Source: Thalia democratica (Eukaryota). From it: a DNA stretch of 64,000 nucleotides. Below are positions 50,101 through 63,081 of the stretch, in pieces. The DNA lies in contig OZ241834.1 in NCBI GenBank assembly GCA_965202585.1, positions 31,868,001 to 31,932,000 on the forward strand, read 5' to 3'. The notes under the pieces are model-generated. The model saw only the letters and a program-made list of their open reading frames with translations. It was not told the DNA's origin and did no database searches. The position numbers were made by a program, and so were the translations under genes. The number at the start of each line of letters is the position of its first letter. The stretch's first letter is position 1.

Positions 50101-53100
50101 AGGAGGTGGAATTCCTGGTATTCCTGGAGGAGGTGGAATTCCTGGTATTCCTGGAGGTGGTGGAATACCTGGTATTCCAGGAGGTGGTGGTATACCTGGT
50201 AAAGCAGGTGGAGGAGGTATACCTGGAATAGCAGGAGGTGGTGGTATACCTGGAATTGCTGGCGGGGGTGGTATACCTGGAATTGCTGGCGGGGGTGGTA
50301 TACCTGGTATAGCAGGAGGTGGTGGTATACCTGGAATTGCTGGCGGGGGTGGTATACCTGGTATAGCAGGAGGTGGTGGTATACCTGGAATTGCGGGAGG
50401 TGGAGGTATACCGGGAATAGGTGGAGGTGGTGGTATACCTGGAATTGCTGGCGGGGGTGGTATACCTAGAATTGCTGGCGGGGGTGGTATACCTGGTATA
50501 GCAGGAGGTGGTGGTATACCTGGAATTGAGGGAGGTGGAGGTATACCGGGAATAGGTGGAGGTGGTGGTATACCTGGAATGGCAGGAGGTGGAGGTATTC
50601 CCGGAATCGCTGGAGGTGGAGGTATACCTGGTATAGCTGGTGGAGGTGGTATACCTGGAATGGGTGATGGGGGAGGTATTGAAGCAGGAGTTGATTCCAC
50701 TTTCGTATTGATTTGTGGTGCAACCAAAACTTTTTTGCTTCCGAGTGAAACTTGAACGCTTTTATTAACCACGCTTGCCGTTTTCTTAACTTCAGTTCTG
50801 CTCTTGGGCTTCAGGAACTTTCTTGCTTCTTTCTCCGTTTCAACGGACGTTAAAGACTGGGCGACTTCGGTTACTACTTCCCACAGAACTTTCGACAATG
50901 CAGGCCCGTCTTTGCTTTCAGGCTTTTCTGCTTCTTCATCGCTGTCTGCTTCCACCTCCAAGTCAAACTGAAGCAGGCATTGAAGCAGCGTTAGAAGCTG
51001 GTTTGACTCTGGCTTGTTGTATATCTGTATATTATTGTTTATTGAATGACAAAAAAAGCGCACAAAATATTTGGTCCTAGGACCTAGTGCACGAAAAAAC
51101 CTTTCGGTTATCGAGTCATACACCACTTGGATACAGTTTAACGTCTTGTCCAGGACAAAGTATTCTATAAAAAGAATGTTATATATATATAAAGTATAAA
51201 ACTCTAAAAGTATATTAAATAATTTTATAAACAACAAGTTTTAGCAGCATTAGTTTATTGCAACTTAATTTTATTAAGTTTTAACTATCTTTGTCTTTAT
51301 TATCTTTTTTTTTTTTGGTTTTAAAACTAAAACTAACATTACTCAAGGGTAAAAAATGTATTTAATTATACCTTTTTTACAAAAATAATTTGTAAATAAA
51401 ACTCTAGTCCTGATAACTTAAAGTCTGACTAAATAGCCGTTGAGTTTCTTTTGAAAAAAAAAAACTACTTAAAGTTTCAATGTTCCAACCTTGTTGAAAA
51501 CAGCTGAAAAAAGGTCTTGATGACTGTTTATGTCGAGACCTTCCTGTCCCATCAGGTGGGAGACCTGAAGTTCATCCTCTTCTTTTCGTTCGTTGAAAAC
51601 CTCAAGCTGAATCGCCAAATCTTCAGACTCGTTTTGACTTCAATTATTTTAAAATAATTTAGCAATTTTTGTAGACTTAAAAGTTTACATTTAAAAAGTA
51701 TTTAATTAATTTTCATTAAGTTTTTTACTTAACTTAAATTTTATTAGGCAAAAAGTTTAGTTAGAGTTTATTCGAATAAGACAGCATTTTTAAGTTGCCT
51801 CTTTAAATATTTTTCCTATGATGTTCTCAAATATTTTTTCATGTACTAGAGCTAAACAAAGAGACAAAACTAAACTATTTATATCTTTTTTGAATTAAGT
51901 TTATAGAAGCTCCACAATTTTTTCATAGGCAGATCATTTTAAGCAAATATTTTTAAAGTTATTAAACTTGTGCAAAAGTTAATTTATAACTAGTCGTTGA
52001 ACAACTGTTCTTTATAGATGTAAATATTAAGTAATATCTAATGATTTGTTTGATTGTAATAAGCTTTATATTATAAAGTGGTTGAAAAATCAAGATGGAA
52101 GAAAAAAAATATTTTCATTAATCTTGTACAAATAGCCAACAATTGTTTTTTATACAATGTAATTTTTATTTTTATTCGATGTTTATAGATAACAATTTTT
52201 AAATTAATTATTAAGATTACCAGTACGATAAAGCTTTGCGTCGAAAGGAAAACAAATATTTTTAAACAAGAACCACAGTTGAGTAGAATGTGTGTTTCCA
52301 TGTGTGATAAGGTTATATAAGCTTATTAACTTTTCTTTAAGTTTATGCTTGAACTTTCACTAAATTTTAACGCAAAAAAAAATCAACTAACTTTTTTTTC
52401 CTATTTCTGATCAGTAATATATAAGCAGATATATGTAAAAAGGAAGAAATATCATCTATTATTATCTAGGTATATATGTTTAGCAAATTATCTTAGATAA
52501 AGTTTTTTTTTGTTTACAGTTTGATTAAAAATGAAAAATAGGGTTCTAAAATTTCAGAAAAAGAAACTAAAGAAAAAAGTTCTATAACACTTAAAACTGT
52601 TTTAAAGCGTTTATTTTTTTAAATTTTATGTATATAATATATAAATGAGGCGGTAATAACTAGAAGTGTGTCTGTTATAAATAACCTTCTTTATTCAAAA
52701 AAAAAGCAATCGCTATATATAAGTTTAAGTATCAAACATTTTAATTCTGTATTTTTTTAAACAAATCAGGATTTATAAAACGTAACTTAAACTGAAAAAT
52801 GTTGTTTATTAAGGTAAAATATATTTACAAAGTTTTTTTAAGCAATGCATGCAAATAGATACTTTACTAATCATGCGTTACAACAATTAAGGTTTTTTAG
52901 ATTGAATTTTTTTTAAAGAATACTAAAAAATTATTTAATTTTCTAACGCAAACTTTTCTAAAAATAGTTTTTTTCCCAAAACATTTTGTACTCCGATTAA
53001 AAACTCATTTTTTAACTACGTCTTTTAAACAAACGAAAAAGAGTTATACACAGTTATTTTATAAAGTTTGTTATCTATTTTTGACAACTTTGTAATCACA

Positions 53101-56100
53101 AGAACTTTTACATTTGATCATATGAAAAATCTAAACAACTATGATTGCATGAACGTTTTTATTTATACTTACTACAAGTTGGAGTCTGTTATATCCCTGA
53201 AGAAAGAATTTTTGAATGAAAAAAATAAAGTAAAAATAAATAAGTGTATGTGGTACTATAATAACTTGACATTTTTTACAGCATACATAAGTACTTTCAA
53301 AAGTTAGTACACTGGTAAAAGTGTTTAAAATTTAAAGCTTAGCTTAATAAAAATATCTCAGCTGTTAGACACAAAAATTTGTTAAGTTGTGAGAATTCTA
53401 ACAAAAATTATCTTAACAAAGTTTATCATACATTATAACTATGTAGAAGTATTAATCACTAGTTGTTTTAACATGAATTATAGTAAAACTATGACAAAAT
53501 ATTCTCACTATTTGTATAATTTTTAATTACTTTAACACTTATGTTTGAAACTTTCATTGCGACATCTAAATTATATTTAGTGGATTTAATCTATAAACTG
53601 TGTTCCGTATCTTTAGTCAAAAATTAATAAAGATAGGAGAAAACAACACAACTAATTAAATATTACTCACCTGAGTTTTGCATTTACATCTAGTAGCTGA
53701 AGACCTGTTAAAATTTTAATAATTAAGTTTTCAAAGTTTTAATAACTTTTTAAAAACAGCTTAGAATAGCTTTATGAATATTAAATTGTGTTTTTGTGTT
53801 TTTTTATAGTTGATTTGTCAACATTTTCGTATAATCTAAAAACGCTATAAACGTTATTAATATTCATAACTAAGTAATAAAATGCTTAAAAACTAAATAA
53901 AATTATTTTAAAAGTAAATTTTAGATGTATAAGTATGAATTGACAAGTTTGCTTAAAATACGTTTCCAAAATGATAAAAACATACCAATAAATTCATTTC
54001 TAATTTGTATGCGTTCCTGTAAAGCTTCGGTAGATAGTATAAGAGCGTTGATGAACGAAATAATAGCTACTTGGTATGGTACATTTTCCGATAGTTTCAG
54101 CTCGTTTACCACTACACTGAACCTGTACCTTTGCTGCTTTGCTCGCTGTAAAATATTATACATATGTTAATCTAAGTTAATTGTTATCATATTAAAATAA
54201 ACTGTTACGTTAAATTTGAATTTCCACTTAGATTAAACTTAACTAAACATTTAAAGTCAGTGGTTGTTTTTTAAAAGTTTTTTTTTAAGTTATCTATCAA
54301 AGTTTTAAACATTTAAATATTTTATTTTACTTACAAATTTTTGCAGAAAATTGTATTGAAAATTCTACTACAAATTATATACAAATAATCTTTAAAAAGT
54401 AAACTTAACACGTATAAATTCGATATTTCATATGAGGGTGAAAATAAAAAGTTGATAAGATCTTGTTTTACAAAAAATTAAATAACAATGAAGACAAGTT
54501 TGTTTATGGGGTTGAGTTTTTAAATGAAAAGCATGTACTGCTACCATTGTTAGAAAATTTACGTAATATAGCAAGTTATTGTTAGAAGAAATTTACACAA
54601 AATTATTTGATAAGATTTTATAATGAAGCAAGTTATACAAATAAAAAAGTTGAATATTTTAAAGCATTTTAAACAAACATAAACTATAGTAATATATGTT
54701 CAACTTATTTTTAAAGCCTTTAAGTAACTTTTTATACTAAATTCTAAGCTACTTTTTATTTAATTACAACATCTTTATAGCTATTAATATTGTATATGTT
54801 TGTTTATATTTAAAACCAAATAAAGAATAGATATGAAAAATTAGCGTTTAAAAAATAGTACTCTACATCAAACTTATATGTGAAACCAAACAACTTTCAA
54901 AGCAATTTAGTGATCACATGGGTTTATTTTCACAAGCAACAACTTATACAAAATGTTGTGGTTTATACCACTTGTTTCATTAAAGCTACTAGAATTTCAC
55001 TAAATAAGTTACTGTAGTACAAAAGTTTTTAGCAAAATTGTATTATCAAATACCACAAAACTAAGTTTTGAATTATTTAAGTAATTTTTTACACTAAGTA
55101 ATCACAAGTCAATTTTGTTTGGAATAAGATTTTTGTATAGCTTTTAAAAAACAAGCAAAGTTTTGTATGATAGTTAAGTTAAGTTAAGTTAAAAGGAAGC
55201 AAGCTATTGTATTAAAATTAAAAAAGCTATCTTTTTACTTTCGCTTGTAATCGTCAATTATTTACTAAATGTTGTTTGTTTTGATCAAAATAAATTCAAC
55301 CATCAAAAAGCAAACAACTATAACCTTTTAAGTGTATCGTTATTTCTATATAAGGTTTTACGACGTTATTAAAACGCACTTATACTGTGAAATTTTATTA
55401 ATCATTACCAGATTTGAAAATATCACTACAACATTTAGAAAATATTTAAAATATTTTCATAAATATGTCTAATAAAACTTTTATATTCGAAAAGCTCTTT
55501 ACTTAAATGATAATTTTAGAATCAAGCAAACTAATCAGTCCTTTTAAATATAAACTATAGATAAATTAAGAATGATTTACGAATAAAAATTTATATAACA
55601 TAATGTACATAACATAAATACGAAAAAAGAGTTCTATATTGTAGTTTAAAAAGCAAAATAAAATTAAATATTAATTGCCACCTTTGTACTTTTTTAAATT
55701 TCGCACAAACTATTTATTTGTGCAAGTAATACTACTAACTCACGTAAAATTATTTGCCAACTTTCAAACTAAACTGTGTTTTCAAACTGAAGTGTAGTTT
55801 TATTTGGATTTTGTTAAGAATATTTTAACGGGTCATAGTTGGTAAAAAAAAGTACATTAAGTAATATAAACTAATTAAAAAATTGAACAAAATTTTAACA
55901 CACTTGTTTCCGATATATAACTCATAATAACTGAATGATACAATAAAACATAGTAGACTGTAAAAATTTAAGCAATTAAGCTGGTTACAAGCAAGTGTTG
56001 CTTATTAATTAAAGTTTAGTTTTGTCATTTCTATAAAAGATTTCATTTAATATTAACCCTGTTTGTATTATTTCTGTTGGAAGTTTTTAAAGACCCTCTG

Positions 56101-59100
56101 TTTGTTTTGTGTTCCTTCAATTAAACAAGGAATTTGTTTAACATGCTTTTTAATTTATTTCAAAAACTTAAAAAGTATTTGTGCGAGATTATGTGCGGAA
56201 TATTTATTTTACTTTCTATTAAATACACAAAACTTGATCTTTAATTATCTTGAAAAAGAGAGCAGTAGCTTGAGAATATGCGTTGGTTTGAGTTGTTATA
56301 AAAAATCTACACAATAGGTTTAAACAGCTATTACAACTCTCATAAACAAAGACACAAAACAAAGTAAACAAATAATATCAATGTATTCAAATGTTAAAGT
56401 TGAAGAATAATGGAACTTAACAAAGTAGTTGTATTCTAGTTCCTTTTAAAAATCGAGCACAATTGACCATTAAAAATACCTTATGCTATTAAAAGAATAT
56501 TTGTGTTTGTCTTTTGGAAAAATATACTTATGTTATTAACTTCTTCTTACGTTTTATATAATCGTTTTGTGGAATCATAATGTCTATATAAATAAAAGTA
56601 AACTAAAAAAATATATATAGAGCTTAGTTTTCAGTGTACTTTTTCGGCCTAGTTTAAGTAAACTGCAAAGTGTTTTAAACTATGTTATGTTTATATGCAT
56701 AACACTTTTAAAACTTTTGACTAATGATAAATATTAGTTTACTATTTCTAAACAAAAATGAAAAGATTATTTTCTTTCGAAAGCTTAATTTTAAGAAATT
56801 ACAGTTGTATGAGCAAGTAAAAAACTAGGAAAGTTGATATGTAAAGTTAAAAATCAAAGTATATTAAAAGGTGATAAATCTCAAAAAACTTTATACATTA
56901 AAGTGGTATTAATTTGATCATAATAAGCCAGAAGGCACAATCACTTCTTATATTAATCAGAAGAAAAGAATTTAATAAATTACAACTTTTAAAAGCAAGT
57001 TGAGCCTTACTATTTTTTACAGATCAAAGCTGTTTTTTATTGTGTGTTGACTTATTTTAAAACTTTAAAAATATACTATCAATAATTAATTTATTTTTAA
57101 CTTTAAAAAAAGTGTGTTATTTATTTACATATGATTGATTGAAAAAAGTGATAGTAATTTTTATATGTAAATATTTACGTACAAATTTTACGTGTACTTA
57201 TGTAAAAAATTTTATTTTATCAGTTTGATAAGAATGGTAGTTTTAAAAATGTTATAAAACAATTGCTTTAGTAAAAGATAAAACAAAGTCAGCTAAGCAC
57301 GAAACTTACTTTGAAAAATGTCTTTATAGCTTTTGAAGTTTAAATGATAAAACACTATTGTCAAAAATTTTTTGCCTAGTTTTTACATTTTTCAAAACTA
57401 AAGTTTTACTTAAAAAAGCTAGTTTTATGTTCTCTATACGAAGTAAAAAGTTTTAACTTAAAAAGATCTGGTTTTATAATATTCTATTTGATTATCTAAA
57501 TAGCTAGATGTTTGTTTAACTGTTTAAATCTGTTATATAAGTATGTTTTGTATAAGATTTATAAAACATTTTGTTTACTTTGTTATCTAGTAGCATTTCA
57601 GCTGAAGCGGCTAATTATATGCATGAATAAATTGTAAAACAAAAAAAAAAACATAGTTCAAAGTTCGGTAATTGCACTAATAAGTGAAACAACCGAAATA
57701 CAGCTATGGAATCATTTAATAAAGCATATATTCTTAGTATACACTTCTAGCTTTATATTAATTACAGCTTTCAAATCGTAAATATATAAGTTAAAAAATC
57801 TATAATTAAAATGCAGTTATCAAACTTTTAATGAATTTAAGACGGGTTTATCCTTAGAGATAACTTTTATAAATCAATTATCTTAAACTTTCTGAAAACG
57901 CTTATTCAAAAATTTAAAACATTTAACCTTACTTATATACAAGTACTATTAGTCCTGTCCCATTAATTTAAGTATTTTTATAAAACATGTTATTTATTTT
58001 TTAGTACTTGGATACTAATATATATAAAGTTTGCCTACATAAATTCAAATACACACGTACCAAATGAACCAGCCCCTTTGAGCAAACAATAGTAAAAGTT
58101 CAAACATTTAATGTTTATCTAAGCATATAAAACTCACTCTGTAAAATTCCATCGCGTCGAACGCTCTCCCCTTGCCTTCTATTGAGTAAATGCACAATGC
58201 GGCCAACAGCTCAAACACTTGCTTTTTCACCATAACGTTCGCACTTGTTAGGGCTGTGTTAAAAAATATACAAAATTTTATTCAAATTATTATTCAAATA
58301 GCTTATTTATATGTTTAAATTTCGTTATTTAATTTTATAAAACTGTACACTTATCCCACACTTTTTTAGACTTTTTCAAATATAACATTTGCTTTTGTTA
58401 GGGCTGTGTTAAAATAAATATATAATTTTATTCAAACTATTATTCAAACAGCTTCTTTATATGTTTAAATTTCGTTATTTAATTTTCTAAAACTGTACAC
58501 TTATCCCACACTTTTTACACTTTTCCAAACATAAAATTTGCACTTGTTAGGGCTGTGTTAAGATATTTAATATAAAATTTTATTCAAATTGTTATTCAAA
58601 CAGCTTCTTTATATGTTTAAATTTCTTTAGTTTTGTACTGCAATTTTCTAAAACTGTACATTTATCCCACACTTTTTTAGACTTTTTCAAACATAACATT
58701 TGCTTTTGTTAGGGCTGTGTTAAAATAAATATATAATTTTATTCAAACTATTATTCAAACAGCTTTTTTATATGTTTAAATTTCATTATTTAACTTTCTA
58801 AAACTGTACACTTATCCCACACTTTTTTACACTTGTCCAAACATAACATTTGCGCTTGTAAAGGTTGTCTTTTAAAAAGTATGTATATTAAAATTTATAT
58901 TTGAATATGTTCTAAAACAGTTCTTTTTGTATTAAAATTTCATTAAGTTAGTATTGCTATACTTCAAAACTGAACATTTTCCCACACTTACTTTAAAGGC
59001 AATATGCTTGAAATCTATAATTACAAAATTTATCTGGAAAAGTCTCGAAGTATAAAACCTATTCAAAAAATTAAAAATATATATATCTTGGATCAGTATA

Positions 59101-61022
59101 GAGCACTAAGAAATGACCAAGTTTTATAAATCAAGCGGTGTTTCCTAGAATATCATTATAAATATTAGTTTAGACATATATTTTTACCGTTTATAATCAA
59201 AACTGTTAAAGCGTGTAATTAATGTTTATTATTTATTTTAAGAAATAAAAAGTATCATTTCTACATTTAATTTCGACAGTTTCATTATAAACTGTTTGGT
59301 ACGAAAACATTTTCTTTTGTTTTACATTACTTAATATTTAAATACAATGAATTGTTATTGGTAAGGGAATTCAAATTATTCTCAAAAGTACAATTCTCAA
59401 CCAGTATTTAAAACCACACTCTTTGTTTTCTCCCGGTACGTAACTAAAGAAGATAAAATTAACGTGGTTTCAACAAGTAGTTGCTAGATTCCATTAAAAA
59501 ATATCGATTACCTATCTAAATTTAATGACACTTTGTAAGTAATTCTCTCCTGCTTTAAATACTACAAGAATTTAGTATGGCGTGCCTTAGGGTAGCTAAA
59601 ATTTAGAACTTTACTGACTTTTTATAATATCAACGTTGTTTCAAATTTTGATGAAAATTTTAAAATTATTTTGAAAATAAGGAAAATTTGATATTTTGTA
59701 ATTAAAATTACTGTTAATAATTAATAGAGTAGTTAATCTAGTAAATATATCTATAAGTTAAAGTTAGTTAGTCATTTTTTTTTAATTATTAAGTTTAAGA
59801 AAAGCTATACCGTTTTTAAATGTACGTTTGAACTTTGCACGTTTAGCTAAGCAGCAATTTACTGCAATAAACTTGTTTTGATTTACTCAAAGAGTTGTGC
59901 AATTCAACTAAAAGCTTAATACATATAAAACCATAAAAAGAAATTCAAATAAAAACAAATAATTTTTCAAAATAAACTTTGCTCTAGTTCTACTACGTGA
60001 TGTTCTTGTTAAACGCTGATAAACACTTTTTTATTGAAATCAAATATTAATGTAAAACAAGTTATCCCAAATTTTAAATGTGTTATTTACGGTAAAAAGT
60101 CTTAAATTTAGTAACAACCTGTAGCAAGCATTCTTGTGTAATCTTCCTTTGCGATGACGTATTCTAATCCAGTGATTGAATTCATCACTGCTTTGACGCA
60201 CCTATAGGTTTTTTAGTACTTATTGGATCAAAAAATCAGTTGTCATCTAGAAATTACTTATTAAATAACTTTAAAACCTCACCCGACACACTGCAAAAGT
60301 TCCATCGAAATTATCAGACTTTCTTTTTTGCTCGGCTCATTTGAAAGTCGGTCCAGAGTGTTGAAAAGAACGTGTAGACCGTCTTGCTCCAAAAAGCCCT
60401 GTATTTATATAATTTAAGTATTTAATTTAATTTAAGTAAATTAAGTATTAAGTTTGTAAGACTTTTTTGACTTTATTTTACTTGTAAAGCCAGCAAAACA
60501 GTTTTTTGAAATATACCGTAAGCTAATTTAGCTACTTGTTTATTGTGGTAAAAATCAATACTGTTTTTAGTAAACTTAACATCAAATCTGTTAGCTTGTA
60601 CATGAGTTTAAAGTAGTTTAGTTTTATTTCAGTTAATTAAACCAATCATTTTATGGAAAGTTTAATAAAAAAGTGTGCACACTCAAATAGTTAAAAAAAA
60701 CTAATTGCAACGCAGGAATAAATGATCAAAACGAAAATATAAAGTACACTTTTTAAATGTAAATACTTAACAAAAAAAATGTATTGTGAGCTTTTTAAAG
60801 TAAAAAAAAAAACAATTTTAATCATCAAACCTGCATCCACTCCTCATCCGACGTGGAGATCTTCTTCTTCAGCCCGGAGAAGTTGTTCACGGAGGGATGG
60901 TGGAGCAGCTTGATGCAGAGCTCGGGATCGGCAGCGTCCAGGTTGGACAGCACCTCCTCCACCTCATCCTTCTCCTTCCGCTGCGCCTTCATCGCTATGT
61001 TCTTGAACTTCATCCTCTTCAT
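40578..61022 (-). CDS. INF2: Inverted formin INF2 (DID-FH1-FH2-WH2/DAD-long tail). Constitutive exons: 61022-60831, 60398-60283, 60201-60119, 58253-58138, 54145-53986, 53704-53671, 51637-51490, 51024-49901, 49612-49474, 49313-49199, 49039-48803, 48348-48227, 47867-47670, 47375-47178, 46715-46575, 46325-46219, 45826-44445; then alternative 3' exons. 1736 aa with the last exon 41176-40578.
   Basis: Frame-consistent GT-AG chain (4612 nt constitutive). [97 protein letters not shown] and [20 protein letters not shown] match vertebrate INF2. Confidence 0.95.
41883..41918 (-). CDS. INF2: Candidate INF2 36-nt symmetric (phase 1-1) microexon [12 protein letters not shown]
   Basis: Branch-like ACTAAC + ttttgtgtacttcag| acceptor; donor G|gtaatt; frame-preserving. 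Confidence 0.5.
42053..42069 (-). CDS. INF2: Candidate INF2 alternative exon giving ...TS-R-CLIQ* (CAAX, no polybasic tract); exon 42069-42036
   Basis: ctcattttatttcag|GA TGC CTT ATT CAA TAG; donor cttag|gtaata 17 nt after the stop. Confidence 0.65.
42598..42674 (-). CDS. INF2: INF2 alternative exon giving polybasic + CAAX tail [25 protein letters not shown]; exon 42674-42589
   Basis: catttttaaag|AA CTT TTC...TGT ACC ATT CAA TAA; donor cct|gtaaga 9 nt after the stop; human INF2-CAAX ends CVIQ. Confidence 0.75.
43927..44003 (-). CDS. INF2: Candidate INF2 alternative exon giving FFAT tail [25 protein letters not shown]; exon 44003-43925
   Basis: GC/CpG-richer island in an AT-rich intron; in frame from the phase-1 donor at 44445 via aaaaaag| (A-rich acceptor); donor AA|gtaaat 2 nt after the stop. 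Confidence 0.65.
44445..45826 (-). CDS. INF2: INF2 large low-complexity (E/K/S/T/N-rich) disordered-tail exon
   Basis: ORF-track 44425..45774 extended to acceptor ctaacag| at 45826 (phase 2); donor A|gtaagt at 44445 (phase 1). Confidence 0.9.
46219..46325 (-). CDS. INF2: INF2 WH2/DAD exon
   Basis: [22 protein letters not shown] versus human [22 protein letters not shown]. Confidence 0.92.
46575..49612 (-). CDS. INF2: INF2 FH2-domain exon block (7 exons)
   Basis: Exons 49612-49474, 49313-49199, 49039-48803, 48348-48227, 47867-47670, 47375-47178, 46715-46575; FH2 motifs [40 protein letters not shown]. Confidence 0.93.
48510..48790. repeat. 139-bp intronic tandem duplication (2 near-identical copies)
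   Basis: gagttataactattttaattgcg...cggttgtaaaaac at 48541 and 48680. Confidence 0.9.
49901..51024 (-). CDS. INF2: INF2 exon carrying the end of DID, FH1 and the start of FH2
   Basis: tatacag|ATA TAC AAC...[10 protein letters not shown]...(IPGIPPPPA)n...[13 protein letters not shown]|gtaggt. Confidence 0.93.
50068..50661 (-). repeat. FH1 coding tandem repeat: ~22 x 27 nt (IPGIPPPP[A/G/P/S])
   Basis: Counted from the translated ORF 49897..51237. Confidence 0.92.
51034..51163 (-). mobile_element. SINE-like repeat fragment just upstream of the FH1-exon acceptor
   Basis: Homologous to 11324-11407 and 35592-35662; TTGTCCTGGACAAGACGTTAAAC resembles the GTGTCCTTGGGCAAGACACTTAAC segment common in tRNA-derived SINE bodies. 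Confidence 0.55.
51490..61022 (-). CDS. INF2: INF2 N-terminal DID (GBD/FH3) exon block (7 exons)
   Basis: Exons 61022-60831, 60398-60283, 60201-60119, 58253-58138, 54145-53986, 53704-53671, 51637-51490; see motifs in the gene-level entry. Confidence 0.93.
58241..58990. repeat. ~150-bp tandem array (4 good units + 1 degenerate) spanning an INF2 intron/exon acceptor junction
   Basis: gc(a/t)(c/t)ttgttagggctgtgtt at 58241, 58391, 58540 and 58702; degenerate at 58852. Confidence 0.92.
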
Positions 61023-63081
61023 TGTGTTCTATTTGCTCGCTTTTAGATAAATATAAGATCTACAAAAAAGTATGTTTTTTTTTTTTATTTATTGTTTTGT
61101 GTAAATATAAATAAATTTTTGTCCTCTTCATCTTCTATTTGTTCTTCACTTTTTTATTGGTAAACATTTTTAGATTTTTGAAAAGTTTTAGATTTTTTCT
61201 ACATTTGTGTAAAAAAAGTTTGTTGTTTTTACACAAAAAGTGTTTATTACACAAGCTTGTTCTTCGTTTTTAATAGTTATTGGTAGGTCTATGAAATGTT
61301 TTACTTTATTTCAAGTTTGATTTATAAAGGAAATTAAATACGTTTAACTTTTTTCTTCAAATAATACATATAAAATCTATATATTATTTTTCATTTATCT
61401 TTTGCCTTACTGTCATGTATAAATAAATTAATATTTTTGAACGATAAAGAACTTCATTTTTGTTTGTTCTACTGTTTGCTTCCAATAACAACTGATCAGT
61501 TTACTAAAGTTTTACTTTTTTTTTTCAATATTTACTTATAAAATAAGATACAGAAGTATATTTATAACGAAAAACTAAACTGTTTATAGTTGTAAAATTT
61601 TCACTTATGGATTTTAAAAATATTCATGAAATCTTTTTAAGCTTTGTTTTGTACATAAGGCTTGTTAATAATTAAACACGCTCAGCTTAAGGTGGAGTAT
61701 AAGAAAGCGTCATATTTGTTTTTCTATGCATAAATTAAGAAAAATCAAAACATAAAGGACTTAAGAATTTATACTATTACAAAGTTTTTTGTAAAATAAA
61801 GCAAATTTTATTAAAAAATCAAAATGTAAATACATTTCATTAGTCGTGTTTAATCAATTAATGATATTTTTATAAGGTCTTTGAGTAAACTTTAAGCATT
61901 TATTGTTAAAATTTAAGTACTATTGTTCGATAACTTTTTGTAGTTTCATGTTTACTACGTTAAACAAAACTAACAACTTTAACAGACAAACATTATCATT
62001 TAAAAAAGTTTAAATCGTTTTTCAAATTTAAACTAAGCTTCGAGCAGTTTTACTACTTTTCTTTAAACACTTTAGAAAAAAATGTGATTAAAAAAAATAT
62101 CTTTTTAAACTTTTATAGTTTGTAAAAACTAAATTTAGCTTAAAAAGTTGCTTCGGATGGTATATAACAAGATGTTACTCAACAATCAGAAAGTAAAAAC
62201 TAGTTTATAAGTATTAAGTAATAATTTTTTATATATTATGCAAAACAGATTTTCAAGCTTATATAGTTTTAAACAAGTTCTAAAAATCAAAAAAACAAAC
62301 ATTAGACTTAAAACGTAAGAAATAGTTTATAAAACTCTATAATATAATCAGTATTAACTGTTTTGAAATTTGTTGATCAGTTTTAAAGTTGTTCTTACTA
62401 ATTGAACTTTGAACAACTATTAGCGATTTTTTAAGCTTTAGTTTTCAAAAGTTAAATTTGAAGCTTCAATCTTAGGTTACATGTATTATCTTTATAAAAC
62501 AAGAAGTTTTTAAAAACATGCTATTCTAGAGTAATTTACGTTAAAAAAATATAAATATAAGTTTTTTTAAACAAATTTATAAGCTTTTTACTTTTCTCTA
62601 ACATTCAATTCTTTTAGATAACAAATTAAAGCGAAATACATAACAGCACTAAAATAATACTTACATTTTCTTATTTCTAAATAATAACGTTGCATAAGAA
62701 AACAATATGTAAACAAATATTTACTATCTGAACAACCTAAACATTTATGTTTTTTACTAAGCTTAAACGTTGTTTAAAAAGTTACACTTTGCAAACAGTA
62801 AACAACACTAAAAACATAAAAATTACAATTTAACAAAATTTAGCATTTCACACATAACACTAATCTTCAAACCATCGATAAAATTAGCTTCTAAGATTGT
62901 TTATAAAGCAAAATTTTAGCAAAAAACTAGTAAAAAATAAAAAAGGTAACTTATGCAAAAACAAAATGTAAAAAGTAACATAGACAGAAAAAAAAAACTT
63001 AAATACTTCACTTATCTATCTTTAGCTTTCGATAAGATCAGCTACTAATGTGTTATTGATAAAAAATTTCACCGAGCACAC

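Noticed and set aside
49907-50755. 282-aa Gly-rich (GGGGIPGIA)n ORF on the plus strand
   Set aside because: Antisense shadow of the FH1 polyproline repeat; open only because the repeat lacks stops.
51025-51237. N-terminal extension of ORF 49897..51237
   Set aside because: INF2 homology and the phase-0 acceptor start at 51024; the extension runs through a SINE-like fragment and AT-rich intron.
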